Assembly (NCBI GenBank): GCA_050293845.1 | Contig: JBNKNM010000004.1 | Span: 1 to 64,000 of the forward strand | Source: Pseudobacteriovorax sp. | GTDB taxonomy: Bacteria; Bdellovibrionota_B; Oligoflexia; Oligoflexales; Oligoflexaceae | Direction of reading: 5' to 3' | Length of the DNA: 64,000 bases | Part shown: positions 1 to 9,902 of the stretch, one piece after another | Position numbering within the stretch: the first letter of the stretch is position 1 | How the letters are laid out: the number at the start of each line of letters is the position of its first letter | The notes under the pieces: generated by a model | Database searches by the model: none | What the model was told of the DNA's origin: nothing | What the model saw: only the letters and a program-made list of their open reading frames with translations | Translations under genes and position numbers: made by a program

Positions 1-756
1 CAGTTTTTCTCTGATATTGATGAACCAAACAAGATGGACAGTAGACCATTTTTTGAATTTAATATCCTATCATTTGATAAGGACGATGTATCTGAACTTA
101 AAAAGTTCGCCAAAGCAAATTTCGATCTTGAAAACATCGTTAGCACGGCTAGCGATCTTAAGTATACTAGTCTAATTAAAAAAGAACTTTCTGTAGAAAT
201 TGATGAGCCGTCCGACGAGCTTGTACGGTTGTTTGCATCACGTGTTTATCAAGGAAAACTAAGGCAAAACGTGATCGAACAATTTCGTACTTTTGTTTCA
301 AAGGCATTTGCGCAAGAGTTCAACGAACGAGTAGAGTCACGCTTAAAGAAAGCTTTAGATGTCGAAGAGAACAAGAAAAAGCAGGAAGATGAAGTAGATG
401 AGAAGGACGTTGTTAAAGATGGTATCATAACTACGAACGAAGAAATCGAAGGATATCATATCGTGAGAGCTAGTTTGGCTGACGTTATAGATCCATCTCG
501 GGTAATTATGAGAGATGCTAAATCTTATTGTGGTATATTGCTTGATGACAATAATCGGAAACCGATATGTAGGCTACATTTCAACACACCAAACAAGTCC
601 GTAAGCTTTTTTGGGGAAGGAAAAAAAGCTGAAAGGATTGCTATAAAGGATCTCCAAGAAATTTATCGATATAAGGATCGATTAGCTGAAGCAGTTTCCA
701 TTTATACTGCAAAAGATATGCAGGTCAGTGAAATCTCCCAAGAACAATTACAGTAA
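1..756 (+). CDS. Type I restriction enzyme HsdR N-terminal-domain family protein (C-terminal part; 5' end outside window)
   Basis: Frame is open from base 1 (QFFSDIDEPNKMD). Family motifs GIITTNEEIEGYHIV, RDAKSYCGILLDDNNRKPICRLHFN. Confidence 0.75.
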   Translation, partial: QFFSDIDEPNKMDSRPFFEFNILSFDKDDVSELKKFAKANFDLENIVSTASDLKYTSLIKKELSVEIDEPSDELVRLFASRVYQGKLRQNVIEQFRTFVSKAFAQEFNERVESRLKKALDVEENKKKQEDEVDEKDVVKDGIITTNEEIEGYHIVRASLADVIDPSRVIMRDAKSYCGILLDDNNRKPICRLHFNTPNKSVSFFGEGKKAERIAIKDLQEIYRYKDRLAEAVSIYTAKDMQVSEISQEQLQ

Positions 757-832
757 ATGATTAATGAACTAGCAACTTATATTCCTAGTCGAGTCTTATT
801 AGTTAATATGTTTCACGACAAACTATTAGCTT

Positions 833-2095
833 TTGATTCTTTTCAATTCGACGTACAAGAGGAAATTAAATACTAAAGTGAAAGCGAATGACGTAGATGT
901 AGCTTTGCTAAGAAGTGTATTACGTAAAGAACTTGAAGAATGTAAAATCATTAGTGGCTCACCTACAAGAGAATCTAAATGGGGTTCAAGATATGTAGAG
1001 GTTGCATTAAAAATTACTTCCCCTCATCTTCACGAAAAAGATATTTGGCACAACTTGCATCGTAGTATCATAGATAGACTACCAAATGATCTAGACAATG
1101 ATGTATTATGTTTTCCAACTGGAAAGCTATCTCAACTGGTTCCAACTGATAAATTTAAACAAATTGAAAACGATGTGACATCTTTTATTTTGTCCATTCC
1201 CAAAAAATATAGTTTCTTTTTGAAACTTTCTAATAACCAACCATTAGGCGAACCAATTCACTTTGCTGACAATATATACATCAAAAAATTGCAGACGTTA
1301 GATCCAATAATTAATCTAAAGTATCTCCTACCGAAATATAAACTAATTTCAAATTTTATAGATAGACCTATGAAGGAAGGCCTGGATTTTTATAAAATAT
1401 ATAAGAGAAATGAACATATTCTTGTTGTAGATCTGTATGGGTATTGGGATGGACATTCAGCCAAAAACATTGAGGAAACTTTTTTGGAAATACTAAAGTC
1501 AAATCTTATACTTGCAAAAGCAGTAGGTATCCTAGAAATAAAGCACATAGTTAACTTAGATTCTGAAAAGAACCGAATTTATATTCTCGACGGCACTGAA
1601 AACGACAACGAAGTGGAAGCTATTAATCTTGATAATGAATCCCAAAACTTGATTGAGAGTTTTTCAATACATTCAAATTTCAAACCCAACTTATACGAAA
1701 AAGAACTTATATCACTTAATAGACTAAATAATTCACCCGATGAAGAAAATATTAAACCAATTTTGGCTTCTGCACAATGGGCATTCGATTCCTTAGCTTC
1801 TAATAATGAAACTGTCGCATTCATTCAAATGTGTATAGGACTAGAATCTATACTAGGTGATGAAAAAAGTAGAGGAGGCTTAACCTATACCTTAGCTGAT
1901 CGATGTGCATACATACTCGGTAAGTCCGTGTCAGAGCGTAGAAAGTATCGAGACAATTTTGAAAAAATTTATAAGTGTAGGTGTAAAATTGTACATGGCC
2001 GAAAAATAAAACTAGCTGACAAGGAACGAGAATATCTAGTATTAGGTAGAGAATATCTCGATAAGATCCTGCATCATGAATTATTGAATGTGTAA
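833..2095 (+). CDS. HEPN (ApeA-like) domain protein, putative RNase/defence effector
   Basis: C-terminal IGLESILG...LADRCAYILG...IYKCRCKIVHG with an R-x4-H motif. AT-rich. Start codon uncertain. Confidence 0.7.
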   Translation: MILFNSTYKRKLNTKVKANDVDVALLRSVLRKELEECKIISGSPTRESKWGSRYVEVALKITSPHLHEKDIWHNLHRSIIDRLPNDLDNDVLCFPTGKLSQLVPTDKFKQIENDVTSFILSIPKKYSFFLKLSNNQPLGEPIHFADNIYIKKLQTLDPIINLKYLLPKYKLISNFIDRPMKEGLDFYKIYKRNEHILVVDLYGYWDGHSAKNIEETFLEILKSNLILAKAVGILEIKHIVNLDSEKNRIYILDGTENDNEVEAINLDNESQNLIESFSIHSNFKPNLYEKELISLNRLNNSPDEENIKPILASAQWAFDSLASNNETVAFIQMCIGLESILGDEKSRGGLTYTLADRCAYILGKSVSERRKYRDNFEKIYKCRCKIVHGRKIKLADKEREYLVLGREYLDKILHHELLNV

Positions 2096-2735
2096 TCATA
2101 CAATCCCAAGTGACACTGGCTCGCACAAAGAAAAACGAAACAGGCTTCTTTATCATTAAATCGTTTAGATCCTTGGACTTTTGTAGATAGTCAAAAGCTG
2201 AACTTAGAAAACCGCGAGATAGGAGGATTTCATAAAATCCTAGTGATATATTCATCTTAAGACTTGTTTCACTTAACGCATGCATTTTGTCTCCTAATAC
2301 CATAAATAATTATGGCAATTAGATAGAGACTTGGTGTCAATATTGGGTTTTGGTGAGTTATGCTGGCGAAGCCAAAACATAAGAACTATCATGTTAGCCA
2401 AGTGTTATGTGAAAATGAACAATTCACGTTTAAAGATGGGAACTATAATAGGGCCGGCTCAGTGAGGAACAAGTGACTGGGTACTAGCTACAAAAAGTGC
2501 TAGTTTCACAAATGAATAACCGTCGTTGTCAAAGCCGCATGATATTGAAAGTGAAACCGTTCCTAGGATTGTGTTGCCAACGCGGAAGTCGAACCGTCCG
2601 TCAGCTACTTGACATAAACTAACAAAACTTTGCAAGAGGAGTCTCATAAGTAGATGAAACTCTGGGGGACTCTCCACCGGTGATCCCCATTGTAGCGCGC
2701 CCTCAATCTTATTGAAGGGCGGCTCCAAACGGTGA

Positions 2736-3753
2736 TCAAGCAGATACAGTGTTATGTGCATCTTCGGCATCGATAGTGCGATGGTTCAGCCATTCTTCGC
2801 TCCTTCTCTGCCTAGCTGCTTCCAGCTTCCACTTCCTCGATTCTATAAGCTCTCTATCAAGCAAGATTAGTTTGTCATAAGGGGTGACGTAACCGATGGC
2901 GCTGTGAAGCCTGCCGTAGTTGTAGTACTCAATGAACTCCGCGATAAATTCCTGAGCTTCACAGAGGTTTCGAGGCTGTTTAGGCCGCACACACTTACTC
3001 TTAAGCTCCTTATGCCATCTTTCGATCTTACCATTGCTCTGAGGATAGTAGGGGCTAGTGAAAGTCTGATCCATTCCACTGGACCGGATAAAACTTTTGA
3101 ATTGCTTCGCCTTAAACTGTGGACCGTTGTCGGAGATCAGCCTAGCACTTTCAGCACCGGTATTTTCCTTGGCCTTCTGAACTACAAGTTGGCAATCTTC
3201 TTGTTTCATCGACTCCTTTAAATCCCAATGGACAATGAAACGACTATAACCGTCTAACACTGTGCATAGGTAATAAAAAGTTCCTCCTGCATTGATATAG
3301 CTGATATCAATATGCCACTGCTGGTGCGGACCAGTAGGTTGATCGAAGCCAGAACCTTTCAGACTTGGCTTTCCGGAAGATGGTTCTAACAATCCGGCCT
3401 TCTGTAGGACTCGATAAACTGTGTTATGGCTAACATAGGCTACGTCTTCATCAATCATCATGTAAGAGAGTGTTTTACAGCCGATCCCAGGATTTTTTTC
3501 GTAGTAGGCAATGATAGCCTGTCGTTCAGATTCGAGTATCCATGTGTCCTTAGGGATCATTCCATTGTGACGATTAGGGATGCCATATCTTTTTTTCCAC
3601 TCAAAAAATCGTGGTTTTCCTATACCTATCAAATGGATGAGATTGTTCTGCGAAATTTCAGTCTTTTCTAGCCAATGAACCAAATCTACTACTTCGTCAC
3701 GGGTTTCTAGGGCAACCGTTTTACGGCTTAGGTTACCCCATTGAGCTTTTTTT
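2736..3753 (-). CDS. IS3 transposase OrfB (DDE integrase core), reached by -1 frameshift
   Basis: WHIDISYI, VLDGYSR, ISDNGPQF, PQSNGKIERWH, YNYGRLHSAIGYVTP. Frame is open upstream to AAAAAAAG at 3753-3746. Confidence 0.9.
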
Positions 3754-4039
3754 CTCGGATTAGGACCTCCGTTAACTCACTGATAACTGAATCTTTACTG
3801 GCTAGTTTTGAACGTAGCTCTGCAATTTCCCTATCGCGTTGATCAATATCAGCAGGTCTACCGCTCTTGGTTTCAAACACCATGTGCCCCCTTGAAAACA
3901 GGGTATCTTGCCACTGATATAGAGAACCGGGAGTAAAGCCAAGTTCCTCACATAACACGCTGATGGCTTCCTTCTTTTTGAGATGTCGCTCTAAAATACT
4001 GATTTTAGTTTTTGCGTCAAATTTGCGCTTCTTTGCCAT
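3728..4039 (-). CDS. IS3 transposase OrfA (HTH)
   Basis: MAKKRKFDAKTKISILERHL...LGFTPGSLYQW, followed by a coiled-coil; ends at the A7G slippery site. Confidence 0.85.
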   Translation of the reverse strand: MAKKRKFDAKTKISILERHLKKKEAISVLCEELGFTPGSLYQWQDTLFSRGHMVFETKSGRPADIDQRDREIAELRSKLASKDSVISELTEVLIREKKLNGVT

Positions 4040-4212
4040 GGTCTGTCCCTCCAACATTCAAGACATTAATCGGAGGACGGTTCGAATTCTTTAGGGATGG
4101 AACAGGATGACGAGGACGGCCGTGATCCCGATTTTACATTTATGGTTTTCCCTATAAATTATTTACATCGACAGAGGAAACTAGATTCGGATTTACGAGT
4201 AATGCAATTATC

Positions 4213-5148
4213 TTAGTGAGAAGGAGATGTAGGGTTTGCGGGAGGTTTGATTTCTTTTTTGGCCAGTTGAATTCTGAGTTGATCTATGGTGTCTTGATAC
4301 TTTTTGCTTTGATTTTCGAGTGTGTTAACCTCTTCTGTTAATGATGCTACTAACTCAATAGATTTCGAAAGCTTATAAGTAGTTATGGCAGAGTCAAGTG
4401 TGAGTCCAATTCCGAACATCGCCACACTAACAACTATACCAGCAAGAATTGTATAAATCTGAATACCTTTATTCTGTTTGATTTGTTCGATCTGAAAAAG
4501 ATGTTCTCTTTTTGCATTTTTAAGTTTCATGTAGCGATCGTGAGCTTCATTTCTGTAGTTAATGTCTGCTTTTATACTTTCCTCGATGCGTCTGAATAGT
4601 ATCCGAATATTCTGTTTGGCTGTTTCTGCAATTTGTAGACACGATGAGTGAGCTGTATCTAGTACATCCAGACGCATAAATCTTCCATCACCTAGGTTCA
4701 CTTGCTTTCCGTCTAAGAGAACGATGACCGGGAAGGGAGGAATAGTCATTGCGAATACATCTTTTGTTTGAAGAGATTGGAAAAACATATCTAACTTTGA
4801 ACATATCAAGTCAAATTTGTTGAGATCATTTATTTCATCACTAGCAAATTGTTTTATCACTTCGAATTTTTCTATATAGTCAGTGTTGATAGTATTAACT
4901 ACTTGTACCGCGAATTTTTTAGCGAATTCCTCCGAAGCAAATTCAGGTGATACTAATGAGCCGTTAATTCTTAAATTGCCCCATACCTCAGCTAACTGAG
5001 CGTGAATTGATTGAACCACTGTTTCATTTTCCAATTTTTCTTTGGCTTCCAACAGTATTTCCACAACTGCTTGTGCCTGATTAATAATAAAAGGAAGGTA
5101 CTGATTGTTTATCAGTTCGTGGTTTTGCTTAATTGTTTTATTAGACAT
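4213..5148 (-). CDS. Hypothetical protein with one TM helix and a C-terminal coiled coil
   Basis: 311-aa ORF. Hydrophobic IYTILAGIVVSVAMFGIGLTL followed by a heptad-rich tail. Confidence 0.6.
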   Translation of the reverse strand: MSNKTIKQNHELINNQYLPFIINQAQAVVEILLEAKEKLENETVVQSIHAQLAEVWGNLRINGSLVSPEFASEEFAKKFAVQVVNTINTDYIEKFEVIKQFASDEINDLNKFDLICSKLDMFFQSLQTKDVFAMTIPPFPVIVLLDGKQVNLGDGRFMRLDVLDTAHSSCLQIAETAKQNIRILFRRIEESIKADINYRNEAHDRYMKLKNAKREHLFQIEQIKQNKGIQIYTILAGIVVSVAMFGIGLTLDSAITTYKLSKSIELVASLTEEVNTLENQSKKYQDTIDQLRIQLAKKEIKPPANPTSPSH

Positions 5149-6042
5149 TCAAGTTGTAACCAATTTGAGCGTTTCTTATTAGATACTGCATGGAAGATCG
5201 GTAAAGTTGTCAAAAATATTTAGAAGATGTTGTGCAGTATATTATGCAATTTCTATGGCCTTCAGAATAATACGACATGCAGTAGGTCATAAATTTCTTT
5301 AGCTTCTTTCTTGAAAGTAATTCAATCAGTCTTGTTTCGTTTTGGTAGATTGTCAGTCATATACTTACGAACCATTAATTCAATTTTCTCTAGGGACATC
5401 GACTTTTATGAAATTCAGTAGGGCTGATTTTTTCTGGACAGGATTTCTTTAGGGAAGGAGCAAGGCTATTATAGTCATGGATCGTATTAGAGGCGCTTAT
5501 GGAAGAGCATCAGTCATTGGGTATATAACAATGAAAGTTGAGATTTCTTTAGGGATGGCACAATTATAGTAATTAGATGGAGACTTGGTGTCGAGGGTCG
5601 GTTGAGTCTACCCTAATTTTCAGGTGAGACTTTCAGATTGGCCATATCAAATTCTAGGAGGAGTAAAGTCTTGAATCGTATACAGTACCGCGCTAATACA
5701 TGAATTGTAAGGTATTGTCCTTGCTCAAAGTTCATGGGAACTTTATAAACTTATTTTATTTGGAGAGAAATCGGATTTCTAAAGAATAGCACAGTGAATA
5801 TATGCACCCAGAGTGTATAAGACTTCCACAATTTCTCAAACTAGTCGTATGAGAAATTTTAAATTAATGAAATAACGTAGTTTTTTTAGAAGTTCTCAAT
5901 CCTTTTTTGGCTTAGGTCTTGCAAAAATCTTCCAACGATCTGTTAATATATACATAATGGGAATTTTGTTGCCTACGTCAATTTTTTCTATTAATAGATT
6001 ACTTCTAGTACCCGAAAAGTTTTAAGGAGGAGGGAATTGGAA

Positions 6043-6204
6043 ATGTCCGAGGCCGAGCTAAACGAAATTAGACTTAATGCTCAAAGAAATCTTTCAGATT
6101 CGGTTAAATCTTTTAAAGAGAAAGCTGAGTCCAACACTTCTCTTAATAAAGAACTAATCGAATTAGGTGTTTCAGGATTCACAGAAGATGAAACCTCTAA
6201 ATAG
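6043..6204 (+). CDS. Small 53-aa acidic protein (not in ORF track), possible antitoxin/partner
   Basis: Purine-rich AAGGAGGAGGG RBS-like element upstream of ATG 6043. MSEAELNEIRLNAQRNLSDSVKSFKEKAESNTSLNKELIELGVSGFTEDETSK*. Overlaps the start of the next gene. Confidence 0.6.
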   Translation: MSEAELNEIRLNAQRNLSDSVKSFKEKAESNTSLNKELIELGVSGFTEDETSK

Positions 6205-7237
6205 GTTATATGTCTTACATTACTTTAAAAAGATTAGAACCTTCCTCCGTCCGGAGGGTGTTTTTTTGCCTGAAGAAAAAAATAAAACAATTATTTTAGA
6301 TTCCGAAGATTTTCTTAATATTAATAATAAGGTTAAGGAAAATTTTTTCAAACCATCTAGACCTGGAGATATTGAGCAGGGTGATATTTTGTACACGGAG
6401 ATGATCGATAAATTAATATCTAGGGAAGATAAAGAACTGATCGACGAAGAATCGACCCTTTCCAGTAGTGTATATCCATATTTTTTTAAAAAATATAAGC
6501 TATCTGTAGTCTTAAATGCATCCTGTGACATTACTACATCAAGAGAAGCAAAAGTAGAGTGTATCCAACTCGCAGCATTATACCCCTTAGAAGATGTTAT
6601 GAAACCGATTGTAAAGAGATTTGCAAACGGTGGAGAAAAATTTAATATCATATCGGCATCCGATTATGCAGATCTCGAAGATGAATTTAGAAAAATAGTG
6701 GATGGTCAAAACAAAACTCGATTTTTCCTTCCAAATATTCAAATCGATGGAGTGGAGTTACCAGATACCGCTTGGGTCGTAAGGTTAGATGTGATTATCT
6801 CCTTAAGATTCAAACACAGAGAAGCCTTTGTGTCAGCAAAGACCGGACTAAAACTAGAGGAACATCGGGCTTCGAAATTAGCTGAAAACGCAGGCGCTCT
6901 ATTTAATAGGATTGGAATGAGAGATGTTAATGATATACTGGATGATGGTGAGTATAAAATATGGGTGCAGAATCATTTAGGTAATTTTTGCATACCAGTT
7001 AAAGATGCTATTTACTACCATTCCATTAGAGATTTAAAAAAACTAGATCAACCTACAAAGAAAGAAATCACCAGAGTGATTAGACAGCATAATGGAAAGA
7101 CAAAGCATCCTGATGAAGAGAAGTTATTAGGATTGATAAAAAAACAATTCGGTAATGTTAAAGATTTCGATAACAGATTACAAAGACTTGAAAACGATCA
7201 GCAGTATAAATCCATTATCAAAAAGATCGCAAGTTAG
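6188..7237 (+). CDS. Hypothetical protein with a PemK/MazF-like motif pattern
   Basis: EQGDIL...SVVLNASCDI...FFLP...WVVRLDVIISL...LFNRIG. Likely start is ATG 6188 (track gives GTG 6167). Confidence 0.45.
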   Translation: MKPLNRLYVLHYFKKIRTFLRPEGVFLPEEKNKTIILDSEDFLNINNKVKENFFKPSRPGDIEQGDILYTEMIDKLISREDKELIDEESTLSSSVYPYFFKKYKLSVVLNASCDITTSREAKVECIQLAALYPLEDVMKPIVKRFANGGEKFNIISASDYADLEDEFRKIVDGQNKTRFFLPNIQIDGVELPDTAWVVRLDVIISLRFKHREAFVSAKTGLKLEEHRASKLAENAGALFNRIGMRDVNDILDDGEYKIWVQNHLGNFCIPVKDAIYYHSIRDLKKLDQPTKKEITRVIRQHNGKTKHPDEEKLLGLIKKQFGNVKDFDNRLQRLENDQQYKSIIKKIAS

Positions 7238-7261
7238 TTTCCTAAACTAAAAATAACTCAC

Positions 7262-7310
7262 GGGTCCTTCCAAACACCTACGTCGAACGGGGACGATCTC
7301 GGCCGGCTTT
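7262..7310 (+). other. Putative lambda-like cos site (cosQ + cosN-like)
   Basis: GGGTCCT (same as lambda cosQ) at 7262-7268, then ACGGGGACGATCTCG at 7287-7301, which resembles lambda cosN ACGGGGCGGCGACCTCG. A GpA-type terminase lies downstream. Confidence 0.6.
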
Positions 7311-7454
7311 TTTTACCTGTCAACTCTGATAGGGGACAGCAACTTGCTAGAAATGGCGCATCAACTTCACCAAGAGTATAACCCACAGTAATTATATAAT
7401 TAAAACAATGTAGATGGCATTGGATTTAACCAATTTTCTTGAAAATCGATTGAC

Positions 7455-7483
7455 TTTTTGCCTTTTAAAAAGGGCAAAAAAAA
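7455..7483. terminator. Probable bidirectional terminator
   Basis: TTTTTGCCTTTTAAAAGGGCAAAAAAA inverted repeat between convergent genes. Confidence 0.45.
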
Positions 7484-7649
7484 GCCTTTTTGAGAGAATA
7501 ATTTTGGTGACTCCAGGGTCTAATCCCATGCCAGAGCCATTCAATATGGGAGTCACCATATGCCAATAAAACTAGAAATCTTCTCTTAGGGGGTAGATCC
7601 AAATACTAAATACCTCGGTGCAGTATAAACCGGGCTTTGCCAAATTGGG

Positions 7650-9563
7650 TCACGAAAATAACTCATTTAGCTTCTTAAACATATTTTCAAACTTGATCTT
7701 GGTATCTTGGGAAAAGGTATGTGAACTGTCGGTTAGAAGATTCTTAGCAGGTAAATAGTGATTAAATCTTTTTACTTGAGCCAATCTATTTAACTCATCA
7801 AGAATATTCTTTTTTGAATCAATCTGTCCAATTGCATATTGAGAAGCAAAACAATTGTTATAAAGCTTTAAGTATTCTTCTTTCAAGAACATATCTTCAA
7901 TATCTGCTTTTCCAGAATCAGTTTGAACAAAATCATGAAAAAATAGAACATTTTTTTCTTTGATTATCTTGTTTTTTATCAGATCGTCAATTTTTTGTTT
8001 TCCTTTTTGATTTGGAAAAGAGTCAAGAAGGGTTACAATTTTGAGATTACTTGCACGCAATAATGAAATGAAGGTCGCTACTTTATCCATTCCACCTATC
8101 GGTGTAATAACAATTTCATCTACTAGAGACTCCATACCACTGTCTTTAAGTAAACCCGAAAAGTATGTTAAATAAATCAAATCAGCAGGCCCCTCGACAA
8201 GTAGATTATTTTTTGCTACAAAAAGATTTTGAGCAATATCATAGCCAAGTGCCGCCTGTAAAGGAAACAAAGTATCGGGATCACGTTCTTGTATGGATTC
8301 AGAAATCGTACTACTTTTTTCGCCATCTAATACTGTCCTGGTTCTATGTAATTTTCCACTATCAACCATAAATGGAGAGTGAGTGGTATAAATTATCTGA
8401 TAGTTTTGGGAAAGATTTTCAATATAATTTAAAAGATCAGCTTGAGCCTTCGCGTGAAGATTTAATCCGGGTTCATCAAGTAAAAGAATGATACTATTGT
8501 CCTCTTCTGTTTGCATTTTACTAAACCACACTGCAAATGAGAAAAACCAGTTAAATCCCTTACTTCTATTTTGAAGTGGCAATGTGATTCTGTGCTTTAA
8601 ATTTTTTACCCTTATATCTAGTATTTTATCTTGTCGATTCTGATCAACTCGTTCAGTATCAATAGCAAAAACTATCTCAAGATTTTTATTTGTAGACCAG
8701 TATTCAAATATCCGGTCAGTAATTTCATTAGACGTTGCTTCAAGCTCAGAAATAAATTCTTCAAAGTCACTAGAGCTAACCAGATCATCTAGATTAATAC
8801 CTGCTAGCTCAATAAGTGCTTTGGCTGTTTTATTTTCTTCATCAGTCAATTTACTATCTTTCCGATTTCGATGGATTTCGGATAAGTTTATACGACCTGG
8901 TAGGTTGTAATATTCATCAAAGTACCAAAATTTAGGAAGATTAGGAGAAATATATTCTTTTGCAATGTGAGACTCTAGTGAATTGTTCCAATTTTCGAAA
9001 CAATTATCAAGAACTGTTTGCTTAATTTCACTTCTCAATGATTCCAATTCTGTGTCTTCATCACATTCTTTTAACTCTGCATATAATTCATCAATCTGAT
9101 TAATGCTTTTAAGTTTTTTTTGAGTTTCTATGCTAATATCGAGTTTCTTAAATAGAAAATTTATGTACTTTTTATCTTTAGTTTTGATTCCTCCGAATAT
9201 TCTACCACCTTCATACTTCTGCTGAACTGTGAACTCATCAAAATCTAATACATCTTTACCTAATTCATCTCCTATTATAGTTTTAAGTTCCTCTGTAACT
9301 ATGAATGTGCATGTTATTGCTACAACAGGTTTACTTTCTTTATCGAACTTTTTCTTTTCACTTCTTGGATAATCGAGAGTAGTGTTGAACTTGAATTTTG
9401 GATCGTCATGAATATAGTTAAATTTTGCTAGTGCTTCTAAAAAACCTGTTTTCCCAGACTCATTTTTTCCCACTAACGCCGTAATATCGGATTCAATACT
9501 TACCTCTTGAGGAACAGTATAGCTCTTATACTTGTTTATCTTAACATGCTTGAGAACTATCAC
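7650..9563 (-). CDS. OLD-like ATP-dependent nuclease (ABC ATPase + TOPRIM)
   Basis: Walker A GKNESGKT, Walker B LLLDEPGLNLH, H-loop TTHSPFM, TOPRIM LLVEGPAD, DIEDMF. Confidence 0.8.
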   Translation of the reverse strand: MIVLKHVKINKYKSYTVPQEVSIESDITALVGKNESGKTGFLEALAKFNYIHDDPKFKFNTTLDYPRSEKKKFDKESKPVVAITCTFIVTEELKTIIGDELGKDVLDFDEFTVQQKYEGGRIFGGIKTKDKKYINFLFKKLDISIETQKKLKSINQIDELYAELKECDEDTELESLRSEIKQTVLDNCFENWNNSLESHIAKEYISPNLPKFWYFDEYYNLPGRINLSEIHRNRKDSKLTDEENKTAKALIELAGINLDDLVSSSDFEEFISELEATSNEITDRIFEYWSTNKNLEIVFAIDTERVDQNRQDKILDIRVKNLKHRITLPLQNRSKGFNWFFSFAVWFSKMQTEEDNSIILLLDEPGLNLHAKAQADLLNYIENLSQNYQIIYTTHSPFMVDSGKLHRTRTVLDGEKSSTISESIQERDPDTLFPLQAALGYDIAQNLFVAKNNLLVEGPADLIYLTYFSGLLKDSGMESLVDEIVITPIGGMDKVATFISLLRASNLKIVTLLDSFPNQKGKQKIDDLIKNKIIKEKNVLFFHDFVQTDSGKADIEDMFLKEEYLKLYNNCFASQYAIGQIDSKKNILDELNRLAQVKRFNHYLPAKNLLTDSSHTFSQDTKIKFENMFKKLNELFS

Positions 9564-9902
9564 AGCATCTCCAAAATTTTGGACTCTATTTAAATGATTA
9601 TAAGGTTGCTAAAAACAACAAGAGACATTGTGGATACAGATTATATCCAACCTGACAAAACCTAGCCACCTCATCTGAAATAATCTAGAACTCTAATACT
9701 AAGATCTCGTCTTTATATATTATACCTTATCCTAATGTGGTAAAGATTTCCTAGTTTTATCAAAACCCAACTATGTCACCATGACATTTAAAAAATACTT
9801 ATCATTTTGACTTTGATGATCGGCTACTTCTCTATCCCTTACAATGCTTTGCATTCCCTAACCACCTAAATCTATGTTTCTATGTCTTCCGAAAGGAGGA
9901 CT

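Larger units (their letters stand above)
2570..4104 (-). mobile_element. Complete IS3-family insertion sequence (1535 bp)
   Basis: TGT...ACA ends. Imperfect 30-bp IRs share GAA.TCGAACCGTCC (2570-2599 and 4075-4104). 4-bp target duplication GGAT at 2566-2569 and 4105-4108. orfA/orfB organisation. Confidence 0.9.

Noticed and set aside
1848..2770. Minus-strand ORFs 1848-2303 and 2459-2770
   Set aside because: They overlap the HEPN gene or cross the IS end, with no recognisable motifs.
7650..9563. Gabija, PARIS or Septu assignment for the ATPase
   Set aside because: No adjacent UvrD helicase, AriB or HNH partner is visible; left as a stand-alone OLD-like gene.
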